Shown here: piece by piece, positions 32,401 to 38,697 of the stretch
Position numbering within the stretch: position 1 is the first letter of the stretch
How the letters are laid out: every line of letters starts with the position of its first letter
Assembly: GCA_934746715.1 (NCBI GenBank)
Contig: CAKVFI010000002.1
Location: forward strand, 142,425-206,424
Direction of reading: 5' to 3'
Source: an uncultured Clostridia bacterium
Lineage (GTDB): Bacteria > Bacillota > Clostridia > Christensenellales > UBA1242
DNA length: 64,000 nucleotides
Program-made: the position numbers and the translations under genes
The notes under the pieces: model-generated
Database searches by the model: none
The model's input: only the letters and a program-made list of their open reading frames with translations
What the model was told of the DNA's origin: nothing

Positions 32401-35400
32401 TGACGCAATTGTTACAATCAAACAAGGCACTTGGGACATGTTGACCGCAGGCACAAAATTTGCAACTCTTAAAACAATTTTGGGTGCGTCTGCAACTAAC
32501 TGGGGCGGTTTAATTGGCAAGGCTGGAAGCAATCTAGTATTAAAAGATGCAAAAAATGCAAACCCAATTGAGTTTGGCGAGATTGATGTTGATGGTTGGA
32601 CTTCAACCAGCATTACAATCAAAAATATTGGCGGTATAGTTGGTTATACAGATGGTTTGGTTGAAAATTGCCAAAACAAAGCCGATATTACTTTAAACAA
32701 TGCAAACAGAAGCATCATCAACGAAACGATGTATGAGCAAACATATAATGTTGGATTGAAAAACGGTGCTCAAAAAACAACTTTGATGAGCCAACCAATG
32801 AATGTTGGTGGCATTGCTGGTAAAGTTGCTGGCAATGGCAGAATTGTTAATTGTGAAAATTCAAACAAGATACAAGGCTATCAAAATGTTGGCGGCATTG
32901 CTGGTTACAACATAGGCACAATTCTTGGCAATATTGATGTTGTTGAATTTGACCAAAATGGCAACATAGCAACAGAAATTGCGGAAGATGAAATCATTTA
33001 CAAACTTGCAGTTGGCGAAAACGGTTACATTTATTCTGAAGTTAAAAAAGGTGAAGTTCAAGATGCCGAAAACACATCATATTACATTAAAAATGCAGAA
33101 AATAGGAGCATGGTTAACAAAGATGTTGCTGGTGCAATAAATGTTGGTGGTGTGGTTGGGTACACTGCAAACAATTCAAAAGTTTGGGCAATCAACAGCG
33201 AAGCTAATGTTTTGGGCAACACAAATGTTGGTGGTGTGGCAGGTTTGGCTGGTGACAATGCTTCCATTGCAAACACAAGTGCGGGCAAAGTTGCTAAACC
33301 GGGTGAAGAAGAAAAACAAATTGTGATAAATGGTTTGTTTGTTCACAACGGCGTTACATCAACAATTGGTGTAGAAACAACAACAAAAAGTTATTATGTG
33401 CTTCCAACAAGTGTTGGTGGTTTGATTGGTTCAACAGCAAACAATGCAGTTGATGTGAGAAATAATATTGTCAACGCTCAAATCACAAGCCCAGTTGAAG
33501 GCAGCACAGATTCACCATCTTCAACAACTGGCGAAAATATGGGCTCAAATGTAGTTTCAACAATCAGCAACTTTATGTTTAACAATGTTGATGTTGACAA
33601 TGTTAACAACATAGACGTGGTTGAAACAACTTCAAACACAAAAGATGAAATTGAAAAGAAAAAGATTCAATTCAACGACATCAAAACAGGTTGGGGCGGT
33701 TTGATTGGTACAACAGGCACATTTACAACTGAATTTAATTCAGCAAGCGAAATTGATTATGACAAAAACATAAAAACAAACTTGATTAAAACAACTGTAA
33801 ACACAGGCATGGGCATAAATGTTGGTGCTTACTTTGGTTATTACAGCATAAATGCAAATGTAACTGATGGCTCAAAAAGCATCGCTTTGCCAGAATTGTC
33901 AAACGACTCTTCTGTTAGCGGACTTTACAATATTGGTGGTGCAATCGGTTGCATTGAAACAACAAATTTGGAATTGTCTTACAAGTATGAACCGGCAAAT
34001 CAAATTCTTGTGCAACCAACAGGCGTTGGTATGTATGTTGGTGGCGTGTTTGGCAAAGTTAAAGGCAACATTGTGTCATTAACAACAAATTCTCAAATCA
34101 CTGTTACTGCAGAAAATTCTTACTATGTTGGTGGTTTGGTTGGTATGCTTGAAGGCAACATGGAAAATGCTAATGCAACAAATGTTGTTGTGTCTGGTGA
34201 AGATTCTGTTACAAACTTTGGCGGACTTGTTGGTATGCTTAAAGTTGCAAAAGTTCAAAACGGCACAACAGCAACTGTTAAAGGCACACATAAATATGCA
34301 TTTACAGTAAACACAATTGAAAACCAAAACTATTTTGACGCAGAATCAAAATATGAAGCAATGGAAGATGAAGAAAACAATGAAGTTACATTGCATGCAA
34401 TTGCAACATATGTAAACCAAGATTCGTTCAAAATTTCTCCATCACAAAATGTATATGACCACAATCCGCTTGAAGACATGGTGGTTGATGGCAAATCAAT
34501 TGCTCCAGGCTGGCACAAAGATTACACAGGCTTTAAAGTGTTGCAACGTTGTGTGCCAATGAGTGAAAATAACGGAGCCCTTTGGGATAATATTTCCACA
34601 ATTTACGATGCTTCAAACATCAAGGCAGTTAAAACTGGCAGTGATGACAAAATTGAATATACAATTTATGAATCATATCCAGAAATCCCATTAATTTACA
34701 CAAAATTTGGCTGGGGCAAAATATACTACAAAACATCTGACGATGGCAAAATGTCATATGGCACTCCAAGCAACGCTTACACAGAAGGTGTTGAGTACGT
34801 CAAAGTTAATGATATGTATGTAAACAACCTTAAAGAAGACACCGACAATAAGTACGAATTTACAATAGTTTGTTTTGAATATAAAGTGAAATATGATGAA
34901 GATAGATTGTCAGATTCCGGCTCGATGTTTGAAGTTAATGGCGGAGCTTCTACAATTTATTCTCCAATCTCTGAAAAGGAAATTGACATAAACTTAAAAA
35001 ACAAATTGCAAACATCGCACAAAGTGTTAACAACAGTTTCAACCTTATTTGATATTGCAAGCATTATTATACTTTTTGTTACTTGGGGTAGTTCAGCACC
35101 GGCATCAGTTGCCGCCAAAAAGGGAGTAGAACATACAATAATGGAAACAATAAAATTGTGGATTAAACGCATGCTTAAAAAAGTGTTTAACAAGCAAGTT
35201 TTAAAGAGAATTATTGGTGTTGCAATTGTTGTTGTGGGCAAACTTGGATTATCTCACTGGTTGGGTAACATAGAAGGTCAAATGCAAGCATTTAACAACA
35301 CTGGTATGGTTATTCAAAACATAACAAAAGAAAGTTCTGGTTACATTTCAGGCATGTTCTATCGTGATATTGATTACGAAGATGGAGTGTTGGCAACTTT

Positions 35401-37345
35401 GAGCGATGGCACTGTTGTTATTGATGGTCAAATCTATCAATTGTACTCAACAGTCCGTCCGTCAGACTACTATTCACATTTATGGATGGGGTTTGACACA
35501 AACACAAAAGAAGTTGTGGAATATAAACCAAAGAAAGAAGATATTACCGAAGGCCTTGAAACATACAAAAAGTATGAATACAAAAATGGATATTATTGGA
35601 TTAACACATTGTGTGGAACAACAATTAATGTCCCTGCAAGCTTGTTTAATAGGTCGGAATATGCAACTCTTGACCAAAACAAAATGCCATATGTGTTCAA
35701 CGCTTTTGGCAGAAATTATGTTTACGGCAAATATGAAAATGGAGAATATCAGTTTGAAGCCCGTGATGATGGCAACAAATTGGTTTATCGCGATGGCAAT
35801 TATATTTTGAATGATGTTGTTGTTGATAAGTCGGAAGTTGAATTAATGCAAACTTTACACTTTAAGTACGATGCGTCAGCAAACATAGATTCAACAAAAG
35901 TGGAAGGTTATGACCACATCAAAGGTGTGTATTACACTGCAAGTGGCAACAGCTCAAATGGCTTGATTAAATATGGCTTGTTCACAGAAGTGGCAGGCAA
36001 TCCACAAGGTGTTGAGAATATCGATTGGATTCAAAAATTGGATATTAAATTCAAGTTGGTTGAAGGTGAATTGCTTTCTTCTGATATTGGCAAAACATAT
36101 TATCAAACAAGCACCGGTGGCGATCCATTTGTTTACAATGGTGCAAACCGACCTGATGGTGATATTTATGAAAAAGTTCAAAGCTTTAAAAAATATAAAT
36201 TGACAGCAGTTCAAGATGCTCCGTTTGACAATGTTGCAGAAACTCAAACAACACAAAATCTTTATCCTTACTCATTCACAAATCCTTACACAATTAATAT
36301 TTCTGGTGCAGACCTTGCAGGTGTTTACAATGCTGATGCAATTTATGTTTACACAGCTGAAAGCACAGGCTTTCAAGTTAATGTAAAATATTATTTGTGG
36401 GATGGCAGTTACGAAAACAATATCGTAAGTGAACCGGGCAGCAAAAAAGTTTACATCACAGAGAACAGTTATATTAAGAGTTATCTCTATAGCGGAAGTG
36501 TATATAGTGCAAATATTGACTCTTTGCCAAATGCATTGAAAACAACTTTAAATTCTGCACAAAACATTTCATTTGATGACGGAAATATTGTTGATGTTGC
36601 AGATGTTTACAAAAATTCAAGTGCATATGCAACAAAAACCATAAATGGCGATGAATTTGCAAAAGACTATCGCTTGGTTAAACAAAACTACATAAGATAC
36701 AATGTTTACAACATTGCAAAATATGAAGAAGTTAAAAATGACCAAGGTGAAACAATTGCAACAATTTACGAAGCAGTTTACGATGGCACAGATGAAACCG
36801 CTGCAAAAGATAAATTGAGTGAAGATTCAAGCAATTATGTTTTAATTAAACTTGAGTATTACGATTTGTGCAAATATCAAGATAATTATGTGTTGGGTGA
36901 CGATGGTATGTTGTATGCTATTATCGTAACATATCCAGACAATGGCAATTTGGAAGAGATGAATTACAACAAATACTTAAATGCAGGTGGCGATTTTGCT
37001 GCTAAAAACAAAATTTATACAAGACATAAATTCTTGTCTTTGCCAAACGAATTTAAATCCTATTCTTACGGCAATGATGACGATTTGGAAGAAATAATCA
37101 ACAATATTGATAACAGAACCGGAAAATTTGATGAATTATTTAAAAAATTTACATATAGTTCTCAAACCCGTGGAAAAGAGAAAAACACATTCTATTTGTA
37201 TACGGAAAGTGGAGATCCAAACAATGCAAAGGGTTACAAAACAAAATTCTGTGAAGCATCAAAAGTTGTTTTGTCTGGTCATTTCTACAAATTTAATGGT
37301 TTATGGTCAGAGCATGCAAAAGCGGGCTCATTCAGTATTGAATAA
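17417..37345 (+). CDS. Giant (6642 aa) surface lipoprotein with Ig-like N-terminal region, at least five GLUG beta-helix modules, C-terminal TM segment(s) and a roughly 690-aa tail domain
   Basis: Single 19.9-kb ORF with RBS GGTGAGGGG. Lipobox LTAC. By eye, more than 40 [IVFW]GG[LIVF][VAI]G repeats. Module openers lie near 20715, 25050, 26500, 28150 and 31010 (e.g. GTKNNPDTISSVQEFNDVF...DGNGMTISNIYLD). Confidence 0.9.
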   Translation: MKRKFLNIFMIFVFVLSCGFLTACGNRYKNMEFEVQYAFVDENGDVGQWCDAGQTLSLNFGHKLDDLKFDEFGNANLVFKINIKNVKAKYIDDLIVYDGNSLSSKIVKQDETFSLNINGTMSSSIRIYETKSGKETSFRLNIFESLKNITTNYNYKPAIVVGQTVKLSKLVSANQSKSVLLFDPINTNQTAVDFSIVDFGYYDDGQNWIAIKDAAAGVDFAKIENGELQVKANYNASLQPVIRIKASSAVYEGEDEISSIFDVYVIENLNSTNAPVLTESPDTTAVVSEKTLYVNDEVESKFKLYAGIDNIDKQYSSKYIDGVVTATGEKAYYGLNVYVDGKLIDINDNNYHGIRIQLLKQASSKDELLKNLFQYEISADENTYLTYPKCTIKFELSVYGLDYVEETPKYSASINIIKRSIVKNVTLNGETSATYTSGEVYSTTNSTSSQTGLNLIVDVAPNDNMSHWVLISATEGLTLTGNGIVTLDHIQKIGSYDYTMAVMNGSNINVNFAKTGAVAGQLRFVTLKKANSDEAAGYTSVYEFNVEKVVTANKFEVLSSADGDVDFTNNTILTDANSLTNVFLKVYYSGNKLSTKTIDLNLPTNSKFKFLNGASAINLDKDFAGAGISTILTKQGTDTAGEFYDVYQIPIKASKELTEDIVTISAGKQGNFALFETTFGLKSVFVASNDEFVVQTEGENIFNLGKNRYAVINNSNVKSELYFGQLISGTFNQSTIANVEMTRLGDGDNFSQYAVDFIALGKIGSVNKFQIWGAQGDKITRFQATISYYIKDGDIIKQAPQKVLEFEIAVYNNVNSIDLNFKAGSSNEVVYINSKYPQAATTTFNFKSRSLIATPSNTIVFSGEDNVISNVNQLKLSCAGDLQAVEIYCGTEKLEIDTNGNVLNYLPSLSGEISVKLIKKPELAVKYVTLTLSAYSFDTKLPVSSSVTIDFGEYVPSTGVELSGKQLVNENNTANLYLSFIDVEDGGYAVAEFNAALVYSNVYGQKYDDIDYVLYQIQQDDNGNPVLVDGKYSIVELSKADNRLSVDILKAQNRVSLKADKSLGGGIYLLRLVAMDSFNDLTGEYEKYADVVVTITDGSVKARYRIASVEDFKNIKNNLNANYVLTKNLTIDDHTSFGNFSGSLSGKNISYSTSGNIVETERSLKITIVAPTVGTDNFYAGIFAQLKGSASVADLTVDVSFKFKDDITKTDANNLVYIGGLAGAVEKDAVIKNVKMSTNFAGIRLNKDKIQTAVFIGGVAGEFAGSINLSDSPVIAKGGIQASLTTKLNIGGVAGRLIGEVKGNGTELEALKFDLGISVKLESIDSTTINDVNIGGVAGVANVQNSSTPKIDGFVVMGQIDATNLRAKGNLAGVVGSANNAQISNIALVGVNIDATNITGQTLYAAGVVGSAQTSNISNVKFLSFRLEDDLSLALSIAKNKNLGYVSNVNGIAAGIAANSDATTSIMFCAMDSFVKNGLFYSLNADTVYGIANKGNIQQCYVRANLKGSENKIYYIAGGDASADWATENCYFIGKQSAAAKSVVARQTYIVVYGTKEDNTEYLSVNGVEINFGTYNKESENEYLIPGIDANIWGQQQSFNTVIVNGYTFYFPYLKSNLTLIPTDITTVFDKEYIKGIYSLYNDNYNNNVNTDKRDDENNIIKHQITETVIVNYYNDINNPTNNVARNIHNLSDLVKLNKVPNHEKTIGAVVYKIINGGNYASIIGNSQIYFKGVTGANDYVLVKAYSVFNPDACDYFLIYTQYWFSDIVIEGNDVQSVGNNYVLDAYKGAQNIELYLSAINERKNDDAVYSNLFDVANIQEFVEIETNILDETNSIVTISNNPNLFNRFVLSFKDDSNESSKTETITFKIKFNLTKYFGENIFDYQKDGDGNYILDANGNKIPQYLEIGAKTLNINISETATDLEFNTEHLEGESKENFAFNATLYTGFVAKYDEVNKPENNTLVKVNANNNVVEFVENNHDSLVMNFEVKEGQTEFERLLNQAGVTNLVDLFDFNVLNTFNASNKTYNYRISIQLKDTYVTRYLTQTIKFGIKVFAKTNSAIDGGTTIDLIINPTRLSSSIVMNNYAATSAESMGNYTHLITSSQVETANITPGGNGGVLAIRMQPSYAYIKQVTLKSSELFVPSLNSNVKVRFEQIILHKGLNKYISISPACDLTDDLLGIKLNLATSTTDGITYEFDGTIYVHVVLDKKFSGLADEIRLTLDVTNADDTHIVKTKSLITDFLPGVDLEFDKNYQTSALIDGKAVEGYLIQQNSTNNIVTVKIYGYQFNANPTVEIKYLDGTGVGTEIDYQWLDKYSELKPNADGSYSMRLKIAVRTNIEQPFKVVVKMSLATNSQITSEAKEINFFPTDYILNVENTKFEFNSILNLAINQARDLSFVFATNNSTLDLSNEIYKAMIESIKAEIKIANPEFDDEQIKIATYQKLMSLFSYRVDETGKIATFDEDNDYFAVATTNYGSGENNQTYLRLTAKGKFETTATFKIGYDYVWNNGVFNLKFGTPNQNTYPHMMEISFDMNFYTATTRQSAFAISSAEDMFDTSGNCLLGEGQNYVLTNDIVVEIAKPITTKIASLDGNNKKIIIKNFVVETTDSEATTYLGLFAQVDESTMLYNVVVDYSQFNTSSNGQLTLAYDGLNNIVFGGLAGVNNGLIYNCDVVNAGSSNKTINLLINNSAATSLTFGGLVGINNGTITNSRVGRSEFTKIIANDNSQTSYTEQFKPLNFVFGNRTTNVGQGFKSNIGGFVGVNNADTAIASSYVANTSLFTYSTNAESKLAGFVAENYGRISYSYVKGLESTITNDNPYSTGAKVEAHADANIAGFVYENMAGANINNSFANIELVSKSAFMAGFVFRNNSGATIAQSYAACTLTNVDKTTSATITPEQPFVGADTTGLLSFGTIQNCYWLKDETNKQNFIVAEESGKDQATGLNAANFEETSNLINFVFVLSNSKNDRDEGVWSFYNNKGNMVRLPELTNANNVAHSFRYESSLSSETEAKYTYATKFALGTKNNPDTISSVQEFNDVFTKYGSANKFTGYVRFIADIDFASDKTAIQTRRQFTLGNNYGADSLDAKTSVDGNGMTISNIYLDVGEDREESVGLFAKINQAYVKNLNLNFSAGEFSTANAIYSGGLAGRITDSVIINITLDGANTTIQGANMVGGMSGLIEGQSLVYGISSNLSVSTILSNTTELYNPTKQANSTNNSYAKTLSYAGGIVGVADLTSRSYSRENYNLSYLYINDNGVSTNESLTILADYAGGVAGYVGKDVKALRLSFNVGTNNRINGQYSAGGLFAASIGASVEASKVSALDDDEHQFKFDKTLATYVLDMSKDLDTENLGNTSLIESYQYGGGLIGLSVGSTVFSCYSKASFYAGNVIGGLIGLDVMSTYNYNYAVPFINFATGNMGELTYVGGFIGRAEDATSASFGLIYTGLNKKVAGQSYLFSTILLDQNAYSQKVTDLQAEGVTYSVKFNNFIADDKVLNHIVSQVYVGKVNYNSSKVNINSTTTTGTTTENISKLYNLDVPDVQLATYTKIFEIWDTKYWNLETNTRYFPLLTDERTNNYEIIKDVSDINKLKSNPTGRFKVINDIDMTGYYGGENFVFDFTFEGALVGEKEDGTTPKLYNLNVRASNSGDDAGLFRGTKGATFRNLEFSWMENGVGKNSSSSVNIKNFAAFSAKDGTTKDENNQSVSTRIEAVNITVGRTISDECRNGAELFKTGSSITGFAGMIFEAEGTSIINSGFSGLVSATIASSTAPQVYVGGLIGSGETDLSNPGENTMSLVNCYIGAVQQTKFEFNLNSAKQSSIGVVAGKLTNSAVTGVTVENDYSTLNKQIGVKITLGTAANANLSVAGLVGLVEDCQIESNTVLIDISLKNAEANSNRNVLVAGLVGEYRLSTSNSGRAISNNNVQSIISAENNNLTFASVGVAWLNSSNKTIFEQNVFDGKISTQGNAYVGAVVGYASYNQDENHIALNPNVDNNSVKILIDQVVSNVDIYGEMNNALSTNKYFAGGVVGYANGTVTLSNTTNMGKIVPTAEGTKASNVNYNIGGLIGCAKQVVLANSSFTFSLATILTNNLTKDAITYAEDYLNNNFRTIGALFGYLAKADDSYNLFVGDDENLTRYSSSANKSSLTSDLFYSTDFALVPENTMLGTNLAAGTLINTTGYQQNAIQSGLWANSNGSSNVPYLTSMVSSMRLLGIIDNTTNSYVAGSVANPLSGYTNSSNNYYYLINSNGFNVDSTFKGIAVGTGAVLNSNQFYIGTIDSESAVSNIHIEYAPQTGEANVNVLKSIVGTNNGVMFNCSISGDVDEVQSAMGLLVNNNNGMLSYSNSSADIKSTVSVSALTNTNRGTINSCYVSGNITIKANTTGVGYAFAATSETTNNYIYNSYVSGYVNSIAENGSSMTGNKAETYGSNNYIDGLSTPKNEFKSAQDYVALVQTAMLMENTNKMLAGNWFTTVNDQKLNTASTTFAYNYNYPVYNFNKYAIEAEGEELKVQNLVNARQTGSGEQTNKFQVSTLGVLASVQGLLDKQTKYFKLTHDLDGNIKLVKDNNGVVSEISNINWTAVGLNSTVGGFAAVSTGFNGNFDASIENAVAGGNDKHIIANLNANGLFANINNATIGNLKLEGIFDNLKNSGALGMDVSGVVQVTNIDVSALEVIGSEKLGVLFGSIDFKDGQSGQVNVGEENGKIGVVTCYGGSVQTGIDTQVATATNKGESTVGLIAATNAGEINVFNGDEDLNIKFNTTYDAVCGGLVGENSGSIAANQADTKIIIQTSANHKVIGGLTGLATGGLISNFTVMFDFADIAMPMLTASTFGGLVGKATGSIELTSCSINEERCELLYIFGNNYFGLVVGELSENGKLTLDTSLKISSTYCGVNSLGFGGIVGSMDNKNCGIYVTGSLEQFAPVLASQSIAAESATNGTGGLIGRYVCSGNSNEGETEDVIKGGEIQFGSKPGNIVIGGTTNVGGAIGYADAIVTIKQGTWDMLTAGTKFATLKTILGASATNWGGLIGKAGSNLVLKDAKNANPIEFGEIDVDGWTSTSITIKNIGGIVGYTDGLVENCQNKADITLNNANRSIINETMYEQTYNVGLKNGAQKTTLMSQPMNVGGIAGKVAGNGRIVNCENSNKIQGYQNVGGIAGYNIGTILGNIDVVEFDQNGNIATEIAEDEIIYKLAVGENGYIYSEVKKGEVQDAENTSYYIKNAENRSMVNKDVAGAINVGGVVGYTANNSKVWAINSEANVLGNTNVGGVAGLAGDNASIANTSAGKVAKPGEEEKQIVINGLFVHNGVTSTIGVETTTKSYYVLPTSVGGLIGSTANNAVDVRNNIVNAQITSPVEGSTDSPSSTTGENMGSNVVSTISNFMFNNVDVDNVNNIDVVETTSNTKDEIEKKKIQFNDIKTGWGGLIGTTGTFTTEFNSASEIDYDKNIKTNLIKTTVNTGMGINVGAYFGYYSINANVTDGSKSIALPELSNDSSVSGLYNIGGAIGCIETTNLELSYKYEPANQILVQPTGVGMYVGGVFGKVKGNIVSLTTNSQITVTAENSYYVGGLVGMLEGNMENANATNVVVSGEDSVTNFGGLVGMLKVAKVQNGTTATVKGTHKYAFTVNTIENQNYFDAESKYEAMEDEENNEVTLHAIATYVNQDSFKISPSQNVYDHNPLEDMVVDGKSIAPGWHKDYTGFKVLQRCVPMSENNGALWDNISTIYDASNIKAVKTGSDDKIEYTIYESYPEIPLIYTKFGWGKIYYKTSDDGKMSYGTPSNAYTEGVEYVKVNDMYVNNLKEDTDNKYEFTIVCFEYKVKYDEDRLSDSGSMFEVNGGASTIYSPISEKEIDINLKNKLQTSHKVLTTVSTLFDIASIIILFVTWGSSAPASVAAKKGVEHTIMETIKLWIKRMLKKVFNKQVLKRIIGVAIVVVGKLGLSHWLGNIEGQMQAFNNTGMVIQNITKESSGYISGMFYRDIDYEDGVLATLSDGTVVIDGQIYQLYSTVRPSDYYSHLWMGFDTNTKEVVEYKPKKEDITEGLETYKKYEYKNGYYWINTLCGTTINVPASLFNRSEYATLDQNKMPYVFNAFGRNYVYGKYENGEYQFEARDDGNKLVYRDGNYILNDVVVDKSEVELMQTLHFKYDASANIDSTKVEGYDHIKGVYYTASGNSSNGLIKYGLFTEVAGNPQGVENIDWIQKLDIKFKLVEGELLSSDIGKTYYQTSTGGDPFVYNGANRPDGDIYEKVQSFKKYKLTAVQDAPFDNVAETQTTQNLYPYSFTNPYTINISGADLAGVYNADAIYVYTAESTGFQVNVKYYLWDGSYENNIVSEPGSKKVYITENSYIKSYLYSGSVYSANIDSLPNALKTTLNSAQNISFDDGNIVDVADVYKNSSAYATKTINGDEFAKDYRLVKQNYIRYNVYNIAKYEEVKNDQGETIATIYEAVYDGTDETAAKDKLSEDSSNYVLIKLEYYDLCKYQDNYVLGDDGMLYAIIVTYPDNGNLEEMNYNKYLNAGGDFAAKNKIYTRHKFLSLPNEFKSYSYGNDDDLEEIINNIDNRTGKFDELFKKFTYSSQTRGKEKNTFYLYTESGDPNNAKGYKTKFCEASKVVLSGHFYKFNGLWSEHAKAGSFSIE
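35024..35266 (+). other. Transmembrane segment(s) near the C-terminus of the giant protein
   Basis: VLTTVSTLFDIASIIILFVTWG (strong) and IIGVAIVVVGKLGLSHWLG (weaker), separated by a basic linker KKGVEHTIMETIKLWIKRMLKKVFNKQVLKR. Confidence 0.6.
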
Positions 37346-37454
37346 TAATTTAAAAATTATCGTATTTGCAATACAAGCAAAAGATTGGAGGAACAAAAAA
37401 GTTTTTCCAATCTTTTTGTTTTGTTTGTGATTTTAAAAAATTTTCAAAAAGTGG

Positions 37455-37483
37455 TTGACAATTTGTTTTGGTGGCTGTATAAT
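37455..37483 (+). promoter_or_regulatory. Sigma-A promoter of rplJ-rplL
   Basis: TTGACA, 17-nt spacer, TATAAT. Confidence 0.65.
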
Positions 37484-37649
37484 AACATCAGTTTAAAAAA
37501 TTTCACGCCAAAGACCACAAGTGCATTTTGCCTAAAAGTTGCTTGCAACTGCTTGTGTAGGAGAGAAAAGAATGTCGATTGTTATTGATTCCTTTTGTCT
37601 TGGCAAAAGGAATTTTTTATAAACTTCAAAAGGCATAAAGGAGGATAAA
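37484..37649 (+). promoter_or_regulatory. rplJ 5' leader with terminator-like attenuator hairpin (L10-leader-type autoregulatory element)
   Basis: About 165-nt leader. CCTTTTG-tcttgg-CAAAAGG (37591-37610) is followed by TTTTTT (37613-37618), just upstream of the rplJ RBS. Position matches the L10 leaders known in low-GC Gram-positives. Confidence 0.5.
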
Positions 37650-38135
37650 GTGTCAGCAAATCTTGAAGCAAAAAAGAATGCGGTAGAGGAAATTAAAAGT
37701 TTAATCAGTTCAAGCAAATCAATTGTTTTGGTTGACTATCGTGGTATCACAGTTAGCAACGACACTGCTTTGCGTAAATCTTTGAGAGAAAATAATGTAA
37801 CTTACAAAGTTATCAAAAACACTCTCTTCAAAAAAGCATGTGAACAACTTGGTATTGCTGGTTTTGATGAAGCTCTTAACGGCACAACTGCTTTTGCTTT
37901 TGGTATGGACGATGAAACTGTTGCCCCACGCTTAATCAAAAATGCGATGAAGGACTACACAACTCTTTCAATCAAAGCAGGTTACTGTGATGGTAAAGTG
38001 CTTGACGAAAGTGCTGTTAAAGTTTTGGCTTCTATCCCAGGCAAAGAACAACTTCTTGCTCAGTTGGTATATGTCCTCAATGCACCTGTGTCTGGCTTGG
38101 CACGTGCATTAAAAGCGGTTGCAGAAAAAGAGTAA
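37650..38135 (+). CDS. rplJ: 50S ribosomal protein L10
   Basis: GTG start behind AAGGAGG. Sequence AVEEIKSLISSSKSIVLVDYRGITVSNDTALRKSLRENNVTYKVIKNTL. Confidence 0.9.
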   Translation: MSANLEAKKNAVEEIKSLISSSKSIVLVDYRGITVSNDTALRKSLRENNVTYKVIKNTLFKKACEQLGIAGFDEALNGTTAFAFGMDDETVAPRLIKNAMKDYTTLSIKAGYCDGKVLDESAVKVLASIPGKEQLLAQLVYVLNAPVSGLARALKAVAEKE

Positions 38136-38325
38136 TCTTAATTTGCAACATTATTAAAATCCGCTTGCTATTTTTAGCAATTGGCCACAAACTTTATTTT
38201 GTGCTTGATAAGTTTGTTAAATTAAAGCACAATCAAAAAGGAGATAATTATATCTAGCGATATAAAAAATCAACTTTTCGCTTGCTGAAATGCAGGCATT
38301 TAACAATCAAAAAGGAGATAAAATT

Positions 38326-38697
38326 ATGGATAAACAAAAATTCATTGAAGAAATTAAAGCTATGACAGTCGTTGAACTTAACGAATTGGTTAAAGCTATT
38401 GAAGAAGAATTTGGCGTTAGTGCAGCTGCAGCAGTTGTTGCAGGTCCAGCTGCAGCTGGCGAAGCTGCTCCAGCAGCAGAAGAAAAAACTGAATTTAATG
38501 TTGTGCTTAAAGAAGTTGGCGCAAACAAAATTGCAGTTATTAAAGCAGTGCGTGAAGCTACTGGCCTTGGCTTGATGGAAGCTAAAGCTATGGTTGAAGG
38601 CGCTCCAGCTACAATTAAGGAAAATGTTCCTACAGCTGATGCAAAAGCTCTTGAAAAAGCTTTGACAGACGCTGGTGCTGTTGTTGAACTTAAATAA
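38326..38697 (+). CDS. rplL: 50S ribosomal protein L7/L12
   Basis: Start [31 protein letters not shown] behind AAAGGAG. Ala/Pro hinge; C-terminal domain [27 protein letters not shown]. Confidence 0.9.
   Translation: MDKQKFIEEIKAMTVVELNELVKAIEEEFGVSAAAAVVAGPAAAGEAAPAAEEKTEFNVVLKEVGANKIAVIKAVREATGLGLMEAKAMVEGAPATIKENVPTADAKALEKALTDAGAVVELK

Noticed and set aside
38248-38289. Possible 12-aa mini-ORF after the duplicated RBS in the rplJ-rplL spacer
   Set aside because: It would need an ATA start codon. It is more simply a decayed copy of the rplL initiation region.
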